Part shown: piece by piece, positions 30,759 through 49,306 of the stretch | Layout of the letters: every line of letters starts with the position of its first letter | How positions within the stretch are numbered: position 1 is the stretch's first letter | NCBI RefSeq assembly: GCF_054482525.1 | Contig: NZ_CM137006.1 | Length of the DNA stretch: 64,000 bases | Strand: one strand, 5' to 3' | Position numbers and translations under genes: made by a program | The notes under the pieces: model-generated | What the model was told of the DNA's origin: nothing | The model's database searches: none | The model's input: the letters and a program-made list of their open reading frames with translations, nothing else

Positions 30759-31607
30759 ATGGCGACATACCTTATTGGCGACGTTCATGGTTGTTACGAT
30801 GAACTGATCGCATTGCTGCATAAAGTAGAATTTACCCCTGGGAAAGATACCCTCTGGCTGACGGGCGATCTGGTCGCGCGCGGCCCCGGTTCGCTGGATG
30901 TTCTGCGCTATGTGAAATCCTTAGGCGACAGCGTACGTCTGGTGCTGGGCAATCACGATCTGCATCTGCTGGCGGTATTTGCCGGGATAAGCCGCAATAA
31001 ACCGAAAGATCGCCTGACACCGCTGCTGGAAGCGCCGGATGCCGACGAGCTGCTTAACTGGCTGCGTCGCCAGCCTCTGCTGCAAATCGACGAAGAGAAA
31101 AAGCTGGTGATGGCCCACGCCGGGATCACGCCACAGTGGGATCTGCAGACCGCCAAAGAGTGCGCGCGCGATGTAGAAGCGGTGCTGTCGAGTGACTCCT
31201 ATCCCTTCTTTCTTGATGCCATGTACGGCGATATGCCAAATAACTGGTCACCGGAATTGCGGGGGCTAGGAAGACTGCGGTTTATCACCAACGCCTTTAC
31301 CCGGATGCGTTTTTGCTTCCCGAACGGGCAACTGGATATGTACAGCAAAGAATCGCCAGAAGAAGCCCCTGCCCCACTGAAACCGTGGTTTGCGATTCCT
31401 GGCCCTGTCGCTGAAGAATACAGCATCGCCTTTGGTCACTGGGCATCGCTGGAAGGCAAAGGTACGCCGGAAGGTATTTACGCGCTGGATACTGGCTGCT
31501 GCTGGGGTGGTACATTAACCTGCCTGCGCTGGGAAGATAAACAGTATTTTGTCCAGCCGTCGAACCGGCATAAGGATATGGGCGAAGGAGAGGCGGTCGC
31601 GTCTTAA
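30759..31607 (+). CDS. apaH: Bis(5'-nucleosyl)-tetraphosphatase (symmetrical) ApaH
   Basis: 282 aa [46 protein letters not shown]..., metallophosphatase motifs. Confidence 0.95.
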   Translation: MATYLIGDVHGCYDELIALLHKVEFTPGKDTLWLTGDLVARGPGSLDVLRYVKSLGDSVRLVLGNHDLHLLAVFAGISRNKPKDRLTPLLEAPDADELLNWLRRQPLLQIDEEKKLVMAHAGITPQWDLQTAKECARDVEAVLSSDSYPFFLDAMYGDMPNNWSPELRGLGRLRFITNAFTRMRFCFPNGQLDMYSKESPEEAPAPLKPWFAIPGPVAEEYSIAFGHWASLEGKGTPEGIYALDTGCCWGGTLTCLRWEDKQYFVQPSNRHKDMGEGEAVAS

Positions 31608-31918
31608 ATCCCGTCGAGCATAAAATCTAATGCCCCTTTAATCAACGTTCGGTGCGCGCTGGCATCGCAAAATTTCGTTCCCAGCGCGTTAACTGGAACA
31701 GTTGCAGTCTCATGCGTCATGAGCACATATTCTTTGCCATCTACCAGTAAAAGGATTGTGTTAAGCCGTTCTGGAGGGCGAATACGGATAAATCGTTCAA
31801 TAGGTGTTAATGGAATAACAATACTGCGATTAATCTCACCAATAATGTCGCTGGTAACATCGATAACAAAGGGAAACGCGGCGTTCCTGCCGCGACTGCG
31901 GTATACCGTAAATTGCAT
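31604..31918 (-). CDS. ccdB: CcdB-family toxin (gyrase poison), chromosomal homologue
   Basis: 104 aa [40 protein letters not shown]...FMLDGI aligns with plasmid F CcdB (MQFKVY...DVQSDII...VIPL...WGI); stop overlaps the apaH stop by 4 nt. Confidence 0.85.
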   Translation of the reverse strand: MQFTVYRSRGRNAAFPFVIDVTSDIIGEINRSIVIPLTPIERFIRIRPPERLNTILLLVDGKEYVLMTHETATVPVNALGTKFCDASAHRTLIKGALDFMLDGI

Positions 31919-31920
31919 CG

Positions 31921-32154
31921 CTAGAAGCTCCGGTACTCATCAGAGAAACATCCGGTTTCATCAGCCAATTGATTTAACGCAGCGATAGCTTCTGCGTTCT
32001 CTTCACGCCAACGTGTTGCTGCATGTTTTTTAAGTTCAGCATTGAGCGCAACCGTAAGGGTGGCGCTCATATTTAAGCCTGCATCACGAGCGCGATTGAC
32101 TAACTCACGGTCGACGGTGACGGTCACACTTTGTGTGGTACGTTTTGCAGTCAT
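31921..32154 (-). CDS. ccdA: CcdA-family antitoxin
   Basis: 77 aa ORF MTAKRTTQSVTVTVDRELVNRARDAGLNMSATLTVALNAELKKHAATRWREENAEAIAAL... resembles F CcdA; 2-nt gap to ccdB. Confidence 0.85.
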   Translation of the reverse strand: MTAKRTTQSVTVTVDRELVNRARDAGLNMSATLTVALNAELKKHAATRWREENAEAIAALNQLADETGCFSDEYRSF

Positions 32155-32239
32155 GATATCGTGCTCCTGTACAATTTATACGTCTAGTAAACACGGATAT
32201 CTGCACGTATCAGTGATGCCGGAATTCTAATATACAAAC

Positions 32240-34765
<2,526 letters not shown>

Positions 34766-34773
<8 letters not shown>

Positions 34774-35296
34774 GATGTGCCTCCTGCCATTCCAGCAGAC
34801 GTTGCTTATAGTGACGCGCCTGCCCTTCGAGGGTTTCGTCGTCACAAATAAAGGTGCAGTGCATGGCAAACGGTGGCAGCCAGTTCAGCCCGCAGTAGAT
34901 TGCCGTCGCCTGTAGCGGCTGCGACAGCACATCAAAGCCCGGATGCGCACCAATTTCAAAATGGCTTTCCCCGCCGCCGGTCGTCACCGCCCACAGCAAA
35001 TGTTTGCCATGCAGCGCCGTGCCGCCGTGACCGTAAGCCCAGCCGTGCGAGAAGACTTTATCGATCCAAAGTTTAAGAAGCGGAGGAATGCTGTACCACT
35101 GCATCGGGTGCTGCAAGACGATCAGATCGGCGCGAGACAGCGCCTCCTGCTCGGCGGCAATATCGATATTGAAGTCAGGATAGAGTTGATAAAGAGAGCG
35201 AATTTCGACGCCTTCCAGCGTCCTTGCCTGTTCAAGCATCCGTTTATTCGCATGGGAATGATGCGGATATGGATGCGCATAAATTATAAGAATCAT
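34766..35296 (-). CDS. kefF: KefC ancillary protein / quinone oxidoreductase KefF
   Basis: 176 aa [48 protein letters not shown]... Confidence 0.95.
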
Positions 35297-35403
35297 AGGT
35301 AGCCCGCGTGATTACGCCTTTGTTTTCCCACAAAGTGTAGTCATATATTCACGCAGCTTATAGTCAATAATATTGATTCAGAAAAGAGAGAAATCTGAAC
35401 AAA

Positions 35404-36735
35404 TTACTCCATTCTCTGCCCGCGGATCGTCATATTGCTGGTCTGCGCCAGTGACATCCCTCGAGTCTCCGGGGCAAACGCTACGGAAATCAACAAGCCA
35501 AACAGCGAGATACCCGCCCCCATTAACATCGTGTTACTGATACCGTAATTATTGATAAAGATCGGCAGTGCCCAGGTCGAAACAATGGTGCCAATACGAC
35601 TTAAGGACATAATCACGCCCACGGCAGAGGCGCGGATATCCGTCGGGAAGAGTTCATTAGGATAGAGCCACTGCAAATTACCCGGCCCGCCAGAGAAAAA
35701 GGCATATACCGCAAAGGCCATCACTACCAGCCAGATCCCCATATCCGGGATCAGCCCCAAAACTGCCAGCGCCAGCGTCATCATGGCAAAGCTGCCAATC
35801 AACAATGGACGCCGTCCGGCAGTGTTTAACCACAGCATCGGTGGAATACAGCCGAGCATAAAGAACAGGCTAATCACCACGTTCCCCAGTGCCGCGTTTT
35901 TGCCAACACCCAATCCCAACAAACCAACGATTTGCGGGCCAAAGGTGTAGATGGCGAACATCGGGATCACCTGGCAGGTCCAGATGGCGGCAACAAACAG
36001 AACAAAAGGAAAATGGCGGCGATTAAACAGATCGCGAAAACGGGTTTGCTGCGGCTGCTCTTCATCGAAAGCCACCGGTTCGCCAAACAGTTTGATCATC
36101 ATCTCTTCGCACTCTTTTACTCGCCCTTTGCGTAACAACCAGCGGGGAGATTCAGGCAGTTCGAATCGACCAATCAAAATCAACAAACAGGGGATCGCTG
36201 CGCTACCCAGCATCCAGCGCCAACCACCTTCCACATCATAAAGCCAGTAACCGACCAGATCGGCGCAGGTCGCGCCGACATACCACATCGCGGCAATAAA
36301 GCTGATGGAAAACGCCCGCTGACGGGTACTGGAGAACTCAGTGATCATCGAAGTGGCGATGGGATAATCTGCACCGATGACAATGCCGATGAGTACCCGC
36401 ATCACTAACAGTTCGACGGGGGATGAGACAAACATCGTCGCCACCGATATCACGCCGATGGCGATGATATCGATGAGGAACATTTTGCGCCGTCCGACTT
36501 TATCGGAGATATAGCCAAACAGCGATGTGCCAACGAACAGCCCGGCGAGCGTTCCCGCGCCCAGCAAGCCAATCCAGTCAGCGTCCAGTTTCAGCGCCGG
36601 AGTCAGTTGCTCCAGCGCCACGCCAATCATTACCAGTACATAACCATCCAGAAACGGACCACCGCTTCCCCACAGCAAAATGCGGCGGTGAATAGAAGAG
36701 AATTTAAGATCGTCAAAGTTTCTGGACGGTTGCAT
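35404..36735 (-). CDS. yaaU: MFS-family transporter
   Basis: 443 aa polytopic ORF; position between kefF and fixX. Confidence 0.85.
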   Translation of the reverse strand: MQPSRNFDDLKFSSIHRRILLWGSGGPFLDGYVLVMIGVALEQLTPALKLDADWIGLLGAGTLAGLFVGTSLFGYISDKVGRRKMFLIDIIAIGVISVATMFVSSPVELLVMRVLIGIVIGADYPIATSMITEFSSTRQRAFSISFIAAMWYVGATCADLVGYWLYDVEGGWRWMLGSAAIPCLLILIGRFELPESPRWLLRKGRVKECEEMMIKLFGEPVAFDEEQPQQTRFRDLFNRRHFPFVLFVAAIWTCQVIPMFAIYTFGPQIVGLLGLGVGKNAALGNVVISLFFMLGCIPPMLWLNTAGRRPLLIGSFAMMTLALAVLGLIPDMGIWLVVMAFAVYAFFSGGPGNLQWLYPNELFPTDIRASAVGVIMSLSRIGTIVSTWALPIFINNYGISNTMLMGAGISLFGLLISVAFAPETRGMSLAQTSNMTIRGQRME

Positions 36736-36793
36736 GGGTTATTCCTGTTTTTTTGCAATGAGAGTCAGTACGGCGTTACGTATCAAACCAACA

Positions 36794-37081
36794 TCAGCCG
36801 TAACGGAACTCCACACCAAAGGTGCCGCGCGGGTATTCCCACTGTTCCAGCGCCGCCCCCAGCCCCAGAATGCGACAGGTGCCGCACTCCAGACATCCGG
36901 CGTAATCGAAGCGCACACTGCCGTCATCCTGCTTCTTGTACAGACCTGCGGGGCACGCTTTCACCAGCAGCTCCAGCGCCTGTTTATCGGCATCGGCCTT
37001 CACAACAATGTGCGGATGCTCTTCATCGACATTGAATTTATTGACGCCCAGTTTGACGTCCACATTGACGGGAGAAGTCAT
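36794..37081 (-). CDS. fixX: Ferredoxin-like protein FixX
   Basis: 95 aa ORF MTSPVNVDVKLGVNKFNVDEEHPHIVVKADADKQ... with CxxC motifs; last gene of fixABCX. Confidence 0.9.
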   Translation of the reverse strand: MTSPVNVDVKLGVNKFNVDEEHPHIVVKADADKQALELLVKACPAGLYKKQDDGSVRFDYAGCLECGTCRILGLGAALEQWEYPRGTFGVEFRYG

Positions 37082-38364
37082 AAAACGGTCACTCCTTTCA
37101 TGCCATCCTTGATCAGATTGATGAAGCCCACTTTCTTGCCGTGGCGGAGGATTTTCTTGCGCATCAGTTCCGGCGCACTGCCGTCAATGGTGAACAGGTC
37201 ACGCGCCACGCCCACCGCCAGTTCCGGGTAGCCGCTAAACATGCGTGGGTTATCAAGGAACGCCGGTAGTTTCTGGTACATACGCATATCGCGCAGCGGG
37301 CCACTCTCAAGATGCTGACGATATTCCGCCAGTTTTTGCTTACTGAAATCGTCGCTTTTCATCGCTGAAAGCACGGTTTTTGCTGCGGCTTCCCCGGCGG
37401 CAATCGCCAGATCCATACCGCGAATGGTAAAACCGAGGTTCATACACATTCCGGCGGCATCACCGGCAATCAATACGCCGTCACCGACCAGCTCCGGCAG
37501 CATGTTGATACCTGCTTCCGGCACTACGTGAGCGGAATATTCCACCAGCTTGCCGCCCGCGATCAGCGGTGCAACGGCCGGATGTTGTTTGAAATCTTCC
37601 AGCATTTGCGGCACCGATTTTTTCGCGTCATGCAGATGATGCAAACCACAAACCAGCCCCAGCGACAGGGTATTTTCATTGGTATAAAGGAAGCCGCCGC
37701 CCATCAGGCCATCGGTGGGGGAACCCGCAAACAGGCAAGCCGCGCCCTGATTACCCTGCAACTGAAAACGGTCTTCGATTACCGACTTCGGTAACTCGAT
37801 CAGTTCCTTCACGCCAACCGCCACATCCGTCGGTTTGACGCGTTTTGCCATCCCCAACTTTTCGGCAAGGATGGAGTTCACCCCATCAGCAAGGATCACC
37901 GTTTTCGCTTCAATCACATCGCCATCGGCTTCTACACCGACAACTTTGCCATCGCGCTGTACGAGGTTATCGACACGAATCCCGGTAATTAACTGCGCGC
38001 CCGCTTCTTCGGCTTGCTCCATCAACCAGGCATCAAATTTACTGCGCAAAACGGAGTAAGAACGCTGGGATGGCGAGGTTTCGTCACCGTTGCAGTAGTC
38101 CATAGTCATCGCTGACTTTTCCGTCATAAACGCGAGTTTTTCATGGGTGATCAGGCGTTCTACGGGGGCGGATTCGGCGAAACCTGGAATAATGTGTTCC
38201 AGACTGTGGGCATAGAGACGCCCGCCAGTAACGTTCTTGGCACCTGCGGAATTGCCACGCTCGATAACTAACACTTGCGCCCCTTCGCGGGCGAGCACCA
38301 GTGCGGCAACCGAACCGGCAAGCCCAGCACCGACGATGATGGCGTCAAAGATATCTTCGGACAT
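37078..38364 (-). CDS. fixC: Electron-transfer-flavoprotein:quinone oxidoreductase-like FixC
   Basis: 428 aa ORF MSEDIFDAIIVGAGLAGSVAALVLAREGAQVLVIERG... (FAD-binding GxGxxG). Confidence 0.95.
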   Translation of the reverse strand: MSEDIFDAIIVGAGLAGSVAALVLAREGAQVLVIERGNSAGAKNVTGGRLYAHSLEHIIPGFAESAPVERLITHEKLAFMTEKSAMTMDYCNGDETSPSQRSYSVLRSKFDAWLMEQAEEAGAQLITGIRVDNLVQRDGKVVGVEADGDVIEAKTVILADGVNSILAEKLGMAKRVKPTDVAVGVKELIELPKSVIEDRFQLQGNQGAACLFAGSPTDGLMGGGFLYTNENTLSLGLVCGLHHLHDAKKSVPQMLEDFKQHPAVAPLIAGGKLVEYSAHVVPEAGINMLPELVGDGVLIAGDAAGMCMNLGFTIRGMDLAIAAGEAAAKTVLSAMKSDDFSKQKLAEYRQHLESGPLRDMRMYQKLPAFLDNPRMFSGYPELAVGVARDLFTIDGSAPELMRKKILRHGKKVGFINLIKDGMKGVTVL

Positions 38365-38414
38365 AAGAGCTCCCTGTCAGCGGCAGGGCCAAAATGCAGC
38401 CCTGCCAGAGTGGA

Positions 38415-39356
38415 TCAACGCGCTAAAGCTGCGGTCAGTGCCGGAAGGATCTTCACGGCGTCGCCAACAATGCCGTAATCCGCGTACTGGAAGATCGGCG
38501 CATTTTTATCTTTGTTGATGGCGAAAATGGTTTGCGACGCGTTAGCGCCAACCATGTGCTGGATCTGCCCGGAGATCCCCACCGCCAGGTACAGTTCAGG
38601 TTTCAGCATCAGGTTGGAGATACCGACATAGCGTTCGTGCTCCATCCATTTTTCGTTTTCCGCCACCGGACGAGAACAGGCCAACTCCGCACCTATCGCC
38701 TTACAAAGCTGTTCTGCCAGCGCAATGTTATCTTTGCTGCCAATGCCGCGACCGACGCTGACCACCAGACGGGCTTTGTCGAGATCGACGCTGTTGCTCT
38801 GGCGCGCCTGGGTTGCCGTGCGGGTAATCGCCACAGCCGGAGCCTGCCACTCCACGGTGTGCGTTTCGCCAGTGCGTGACGCGTCTGGCTGAGCCGCATC
38901 AAACGTGCCGCTGCTGATGGTCAGTACCGCATACGGCGTGGCAATGCGTTCTTCGCCAATCGCCAGACCGCCGTAAACCATGTGTTTCACTGTCGCTTTA
39001 CCGTCCTGTACGCTGACGGTGCTGGCATCGTTAGACACCGCCGCTTTAAGGCGATAACCCAATTTTGCCGCCAGTAATTTGCCGCGACGGGTGTTTGGCA
39101 GCAGCACCAGACCGTCTGCGCCGTGCTGGCGAATAGTGTCAGCCATGACACCGGCGTAATCTTCGATCATCCGATCGTCCGGTTTGCCGTTTAATTTCCA
39201 GACATGATTAGCGCCGAGCTGGATTGCCCGTGCGCCGTCGGCATCATTGAGGACAAATGTGTTGATTTGATTAGCTAAAGCCTGCGCACCGTTCATCAGT
39301 TCCGGCAGACGAGAAGGGGTATCGCTGAATACCCAGACTTGAGAAAACGTGTTCAT
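38415..39356 (-). CDS. fixB: Electron transfer flavoprotein alpha-subunit homologue FixB
   Basis: 313 aa [33 protein letters not shown]... Confidence 0.95.
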   Translation of the reverse strand: MNTFSQVWVFSDTPSRLPELMNGAQALANQINTFVLNDADGARAIQLGANHVWKLNGKPDDRMIEDYAGVMADTIRQHGADGLVLLPNTRRGKLLAAKLGYRLKAAVSNDASTVSVQDGKATVKHMVYGGLAIGEERIATPYAVLTISSGTFDAAQPDASRTGETHTVEWQAPAVAITRTATQARQSNSVDLDKARLVVSVGRGIGSKDNIALAEQLCKAIGAELACSRPVAENEKWMEHERYVGISNLMLKPELYLAVGISGQIQHMVGANASQTIFAINKDKNAPIFQYADYGIVGDAVKILPALTAALAR

Positions 39357-39370
39357 AGCATCCCCTGTAA

Positions 39371-40141
39371 TTAAATGACTTTGCGAAGATTTTCAGCAAA
39401 TGCGGCGATCTGTTCTTCGCCGTCGCCTTCAATCACGATGCGCTGACGCTCGCGCTGTTTCGGCGCGGCAACCTGTTGTTCTGACCAGGCTGCCTCTGCG
39501 TTAAAACCGATATCCGCCGCCGACCATACCTGGACTGGCTTTTTCGCCGCGCCGAGAATGGCTTTCATCGAAGGAATTTGTGGGGAGTTGATATCAGTGG
39601 AAACAGCAACAACCGCAGGCAGCGGAATGCTTAAGGTTTCTGTTTCATCTTCCAGTTCGCGCTCAACGGTGAGGGTATCTGCCGTCAGGGAGATAATTTT
39701 GCTGACGCCGTTAACTGCCGGAATATTGAGGATTTCGCCTACCAGCAAACCAACCTGCTGGGCATAAAGGTCGGAAGAACCATCGCCACAGAGGATCAAA
39801 TCAAAGCCTGCTTTCTGGGCGGCTGCAGCAAGTACGCTCGCCGTTTGTTGCGGCAGTGCCTGCTCGAACTGGTCATCAATCACCACAATCAGTTCATCCG
39901 GACCGCGCGATAGCACATCTTTACGCCCTTTGGCGTTGGTCAGGGCTTTACCGCCCACACTTAGGGCCGTCACCTGCGCCTCTGCTGCCTGTTGCTTTAG
40001 CTGGCAAGCCGCTTCAATAGCGTTGAGATCATATTGGCTTATTTTGGCATCGGCTTTACTGAAGTCTAACGAACCATCAGCATTATTGACCGCAATATCC
40101 TGTTCATCAGGCACGCACTTATAGCAAGTAATAATCTTCAT
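39371..40141 (-). CDS. fixA: Electron transfer flavoprotein beta-subunit homologue FixA
   Basis: Translation [43 protein letters not shown]...; ATG at 40139-40141, ORF-track start is an upstream extension. Confidence 0.9.
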
Positions 40142-42128
<1,987 letters not shown>

Positions 42129-42158
42129 TTAACCCCCAAAATATCAAGAGGTTGAAAG

Positions 42159-43301
42159 ATGGATTTTAATTTAAATGATGAGCAGGAACTGTTTGTCGCC
42201 GGTATCCGCGAACTGATGGCCAGCGAAAACTGGGAGGCCTATTTTGCCGAGTGCGACCGTGACAGCGTCTACCCGGAACGTTTTGTCAAAGCACTGGCGG
42301 ATATGGGTATCGACAGTCTGCTGATTCCTGAAGAGCACGGTGGTCTTGACGCGGGTTTTGTTACTCTCGCCGCCGTGTGGATGGAGCTGGGACGTCTGGG
42401 GGCACCAACCTATGTGCTGTACCAGTTGCCGGGCGGGTTCAATACCTTCCTGCGCGAAGGCACACAAGAGCAGATCGACAAGATTATGGCTTTCCGCGGC
42501 ACCGGTAAGCAGATGTGGAACTCAGCGATTACCGAACCGGGCGCGGGCTCCGACGTGGGTAGCCTGAAAACGACTTATACCCGTAGAAATGGTAAGATTT
42601 ATCTTAATGGTAGTAAGTGTTTTATTACCAGCAGCGCCTACACCCCGTACATCGTGGTGATGGCGCGCGACGGGGCTTCTCCGGACAAACCTGTCTACAC
42701 CGAATGGTTTGTTGATATGAGCAAACCGGGCATCAAAGTGACCAAACTTGAAAAGCTCGGTCTGCGTATGGATAGCTGCTGTGAAATCACCTTTGACGAC
42801 GTGGAACTGGACGAGAAAGACATGTTCGGTCGGGAAGGTAACGGCTTTAACCGCGTCAAAGAAGAGTTCGACCATGAACGTTTCCTGGTAGCCCTGACCA
42901 ACTACGGTACGGCGATGTGCGCCTTTGAAGATGCGGCGCGCTACGCCAACCAGCGCGTGCAGTTTGGCGAGGCTATTGGTCGTTTCCAGTTGATTCAGGA
43001 AAAATTCGCCCACATGGCGATCAAATTAAACTCCATGAAAAACATGCTGTATGAAGCAGCGTGGAAAGCAGACAACGGCACCATCACCTCTGGCGATGCA
43101 GCGATGTGCAAATACTTCTGCGCCAATGCGGCATTTGAAGTGGTGGATAGCGCAATGCAGGTGCTGGGCGGTGTCGGGATTGCGGGCAACCACCGCATCA
43201 GCCGCTTCTGGCGTGATCTGCGTGTAGACCGCGTCTCCGGGGGATCTGACGAAATGCAGATCCTGACGCTGGGTCGCGCGGTGCTGAAGCAATACCGCTA
43301 A
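42159..43301 (+). CDS. caiA: Crotonobetainyl-CoA reductase (acyl-CoA dehydrogenase family)
   Basis: 380 aa [45 protein letters not shown]... Confidence 0.95.
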
Positions 43302-43309
43302 GTCCGTGC

Positions 43310-43385
43310 GCTGCCTGATGCGACGCTGACGCGTCTTATCAGGCCTACGGTCGGCCGGATAAGGCGTTTACGCCACATCCGGCAG
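43310..43385. repeat. REP/BIME element (two palindromic units)
   Basis: GCCTGATGCGACGCTGACGCGTCTTATCAGGCCTAC and GGCCGGATAAGGCGTTTACGCCACATCCGGCAG between caiA and caiB. Confidence 0.75.
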
Positions 43386-43400
43386 TCATGCGCTACATAA

Positions 43401-44636
<1,236 letters not shown>

Positions 44637-44709
44637 ACGCGTGGCGTCAGTCGGCTTGCCTGACTAGCGCCCGCCCAATAACAAACGAACAACAATGGAT
44701 AGAGGTGCA

Positions 44710-46263
44710 ATGGATATCATTGGCGGACAACATCTACGTCAAATGTGGGACGATCTGGCGGACGTTTACGGTCATAAAACGGCGCTGATTTGTGAATCCA
44801 GCGGCGGAGTCGTTAACCGGTACAGTTATCTTGAGTTAAATCAGGAGATTAACCGCACGGCAAACCTGTTTTATACGCTGGGGATTCGCAAAGGCGACAA
44901 GGTTGCTCTACATCTCGACAACTGCCCGGAATTTATCTTTTGCTGGTTCGGGTTGGCAAAAATTGGCGCGATTATGGTGCCGATTAACGCCCGCCTGTTG
45001 CGCGAAGAAAGCACGTGGATCCTGCAAAATAGCCAGGCATGCCTGCTGGTGACCAGTGCGCAATTTTATCCTATGTATCAACAGATTCAGCAGGAAGATG
45101 CCACTCAGTTGCGGCACATTTGCCTGACAGATGTGGCACTTCCCGCTGATGATGGCGTGAGTTCGTTTACTCAACTGAAAAATCAACAACCTGCCACCTT
45201 GTGCTATGCACCGCCGCTATCGACTGACGATACGGCGGAAATTCTCTTCACCTCCGGCACCACCTCCCGACCGAAAGGTGTGGTGATTACCCATTACAAC
45301 CTGCGCTTCGCTGGATATTACTCCGCCTGGCAATGTGCATTGCGTGACGATGATGTCTACCTGACGGTAATGCCTGCGTTTCATATCGATTGCCAGTGTA
45401 CTGCGGCGATGGCGGCGTTTTCTGCCGGGGCCACCTTTGTGCTGGTCGAGAAATACAGCGCCCGCGCCTTCTGGGGACAGGTGCAGAAGTACCGCGCCAC
45501 CATTACCGAATGTATTCCGATGATGATCCGTACGTTGATGGTACAGCCGCCTTCAGCGAACGATCGGCAACACTGCCTGCGGGAAGTGATGTTTTATCTC
45601 AACCTGTCGGAGCAGGAAAAAGACGCGTTTTGTGAACGCTTCAGCGTTCGCTTGCTGACGTCTTATGGGATGACGGAAACCATTGTGGGCATTATCGGCG
45701 ATCGCCCTGGCGATAAACGACGCTGGCCGTCGATTGGTCGGGCGGGCTTTTGCTACGAAGCGGAGATCCGCGACGATCACAATCGCCCGCTCCCGGCAGG
45801 TGAGATCGGTGAAATCTGTATTAAAGGTATACCAGGGAAAACCATCTTCAAAGAGTATTTTCTCAACCCGAAAGCCACTGCGAAAGTGCTGGAAGCCGAT
45901 GGCTGGCTACATACCGGCGATACCGGATACCGCGACGAAGAGGGCTTTTTTTATTTCGTCGATCGCCGCTGCAATATGATCAAACGCGGTGGCGAGAATG
46001 TCTCCTGCGTGGAGCTGGAAAATATTATCGCCGCGCACCCGAAAATTCAGGACATCGTGGTTGTGGGTATTAAAGATTCGATTCGCGATGAAGCCATCAA
46101 AGCATTTGTGGTGCTGAATGAAGGTGAAACATTGAGCGAAGAGGAATTTTTCCGCTTCTGCGAACAAAATATGGCGAAATTTAAAGTGCCCTCTTATCTG
46201 GAGATCAGAAAAGATCTGCCACGTAATTGCTCGGGGAAAATAATTAGAAAGAATCTTAAATAA
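44710..46263 (+). CDS. caiC: Crotonobetaine/carnitine--CoA ligase
   Basis: Translation [33 protein letters not shown]...; AMP-binding motif [10 protein letters not shown]; second ATG at 44710 chosen to match the known N-terminus. Confidence 0.85.
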   Translation: MDIIGGQHLRQMWDDLADVYGHKTALICESSGGVVNRYSYLELNQEINRTANLFYTLGIRKGDKVALHLDNCPEFIFCWFGLAKIGAIMVPINARLLREESTWILQNSQACLLVTSAQFYPMYQQIQQEDATQLRHICLTDVALPADDGVSSFTQLKNQQPATLCYAPPLSTDDTAEILFTSGTTSRPKGVVITHYNLRFAGYYSAWQCALRDDDVYLTVMPAFHIDCQCTAAMAAFSAGATFVLVEKYSARAFWGQVQKYRATITECIPMMIRTLMVQPPSANDRQHCLREVMFYLNLSEQEKDAFCERFSVRLLTSYGMTETIVGIIGDRPGDKRRWPSIGRAGFCYEAEIRDDHNRPLPAGEIGEICIKGIPGKTIFKEYFLNPKATAKVLEADGWLHTGDTGYRDEEGFFYFVDRRCNMIKRGGENVSCVELENIIAAHPKIQDIVVVGIKDSIRDEAIKAFVVLNEGETLSEEEFFRFCEQNMAKFKVPSYLEIRKDLPRNCSGKIIRKNLK

Positions 46264-46371
46264 ATGAAACGGTAGGGAACTACCCTGCCAGCTAATAATC
46301 ACGCTCTAAAACAATATGCATTTTTTGCAGAGATGTTGTCGTCCCTGAAAAAGCAAAAATGGAGAAAAGGA

Positions 46372-47157
46372 ATGAGTGAATCATTACATCTGACCCGCAA
46401 TGGATCAATTCTGGAAATTACCCTTGATCGCCCAAAAGCGAATGCTATTGATGCAAAAACCAGCTTTGAAATGGGCGAAGTATTTCTAAATTTCCGTGAC
46501 GATCCGCAATTACGTGTCGCCATTATTACCGGTGCCGGAGAGAAATTCTTTTCCGCAGGCTGGGATTTAAAAGCGGCAGCAGAAGGCGAAGCACCGGATG
46601 CTGACTTTGGCCCGGGTGGTTTTGCGGGATTAACCGAAATTTTCAATCTCGACAAACCGGTTATCGCAGCTGTGAACGGCTACGCCTTTGGCGGCGGCTT
46701 TGAACTGGCACTGGCGGCAGATTTTATTGTTTGTGCCGATAACGCCAGCTTCGCCCTGCCGGAAGCCAAACTGGGCATCGTTCCTGACAGCGGCGGCGTG
46801 CTGCGTCTGCCGAAGATCCTGCCGCCTGCCATCGTCAATGAAATGGTGATGACCGGCAGACGAATGGGCGCAGAAGAGGCGCTGCGCTGGGGGGTAGTCA
46901 ACCGCGTGGTTAGCCAGGCGGAACTGATGGATAACGCCCGCGAACTGGCGCAGCAGCTGGTTAACAGCGCTCCGCTGGCGATTGCGGCGCTGAAAGAGAT
47001 CTACCGCACCACCAGCGAAATGCCGGTAGAAGAAGCGTATCGCTATATTCGCAGCGGCGTGTTGAAACACTATCCGTCGGTTCTGCATTCGGAAGATGCC
47101 ATTGAAGGGCCGCTGGCGTTTGCCGAGAAGCGCGATCCGGTGTGGAAAGGACGTTAA
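46372..47157 (+). CDS. caiD: Carnitinyl-CoA dehydratase (enoyl-CoA hydratase family)
   Basis: Translation [38 protein letters not shown]...; ATG at 46372. Confidence 0.9.
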   Translation: MSESLHLTRNGSILEITLDRPKANAIDAKTSFEMGEVFLNFRDDPQLRVAIITGAGEKFFSAGWDLKAAAEGEAPDADFGPGGFAGLTEIFNLDKPVIAAVNGYAFGGGFELALAADFIVCADNASFALPEAKLGIVPDSGGVLRLPKILPPAIVNEMVMTGRRMGAEEALRWGVVNRVVSQAELMDNARELAQQLVNSAPLAIAALKEIYRTTSEMPVEEAYRYIRSGVLKHYPSVLHSEDAIEGPLAFAEKRDPVWKGR

Positions 47158-47162
47158 CAACC

Positions 47163-47753
47163 GTGAGCTATTACGCCTTTGAGGGGTTAATTCCGGTGGT
47201 TCACCCGACGGCGTTTGTCCATCCCAGTGCAGTATTGATTGGCGATGTGATTGTGGGAGCCGGTGTCTACATCGGCCCACTCGCCTCACTGCGTGGTGAC
47301 TACGGGCGGTTGATCGTGCAAGCGGGAGCCAATATTCAGGATGGCTGCATTATGCATGGCTACTGCGACACTGACACCATCGTTGGGGAAAACGGCCATA
47401 TCGGGCACGGAGCGATCCTGCATGGTTGTGTGATTGGTCGCGATGCATTGGTCGGGATGAACAGCGTGATTATGGATGGCGCGGTCATTGGCGAAGAGAG
47501 CATTGTTGCCGCCATGAGCTTTGTCAAAGCGGGCTTTCGCGGCGAGAAACGCCAGTTGTTGATGGGTACGCCAGCCCGCGCTGTACGCAGCGTGAGTGAC
47601 GACGAGTTACACTGGAAACGGTTGAATACCAAAGAGTATCAGGATCTTGTCGGGCGCTGTCATGCATCATTACATGAAACGCAGCCACTGAGGCAAATGG
47701 AGGAAAATCGCCCCCGTTTGCAGGGGACGACGGATGTGATGCCGAAACGGTGA
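47163..47753 (+). CDS. caiE: Carnitine operon protein CaiE (hexapeptide-repeat transferase family)
   Basis: Translation from GTG at 47163: (M)[38 protein letters not shown]... Confidence 0.85.
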   Translation: MSYYAFEGLIPVVHPTAFVHPSAVLIGDVIVGAGVYIGPLASLRGDYGRLIVQAGANIQDGCIMHGYCDTDTIVGENGHIGHGAILHGCVIGRDALVGMNSVIMDGAVIGEESIVAAMSFVKAGFRGEKRQLLMGTPARAVRSVSDDELHWKRLNTKEYQDLVGRCHASLHETQPLRQMEENRPRLQGTTDVMPKR

Positions 47754-47759
47754 TCTTTC

Positions 47760-48737
<978 letters not shown>

Positions 48738-49306
48738 AGGAGATGCTCCTGCATGGCTTTCAGATATGCATTTTCTGCGCGAAGATAACGCAGCTCATTC
48801 TTCATCTCTTCCGGCGTCATGTTTGCCTCGTTTTCATGGGTATCATCAGAACGGGTCATGCTTTTCTCCTTCCTGCGCCTGATAAAGGCCTCATTACCAG
48901 ATTTGCGGTAGCCTTTTATCCAGTTTTTAACCGTGTTGTGGCTGGGAATGTTAAACCGGGCAGCTACCCGGGGTAGAGACTCAGAATGCCCGAGAGCATA
49001 AAGAACCACGCAAAGTTTATCTTCAGGAGAATAGCTACGCTTGTGTCTGCAATCCAGTGCCCGAGGACCGTGAAGAAGAAAAAGATTAATCCAGTGTGAG
49101 AGGCTGGTGTGAGAAAGTTGAAAGAGTTTTGCCGTAGAAATGATGCCTGCATGACCAGCCAGGTAGTGATTTACAGCGGCAAGTTTTACTTCAAATGAAT
49201 GTTTCATAAACTGCACCTTCAGATGTCAGATTATGTCCAACATTTGGGGTGCAGTTCACCAGCATCGCATCCGGCGATCAGGTCGCACGGTATCAACGAG
49301 ATAAAA

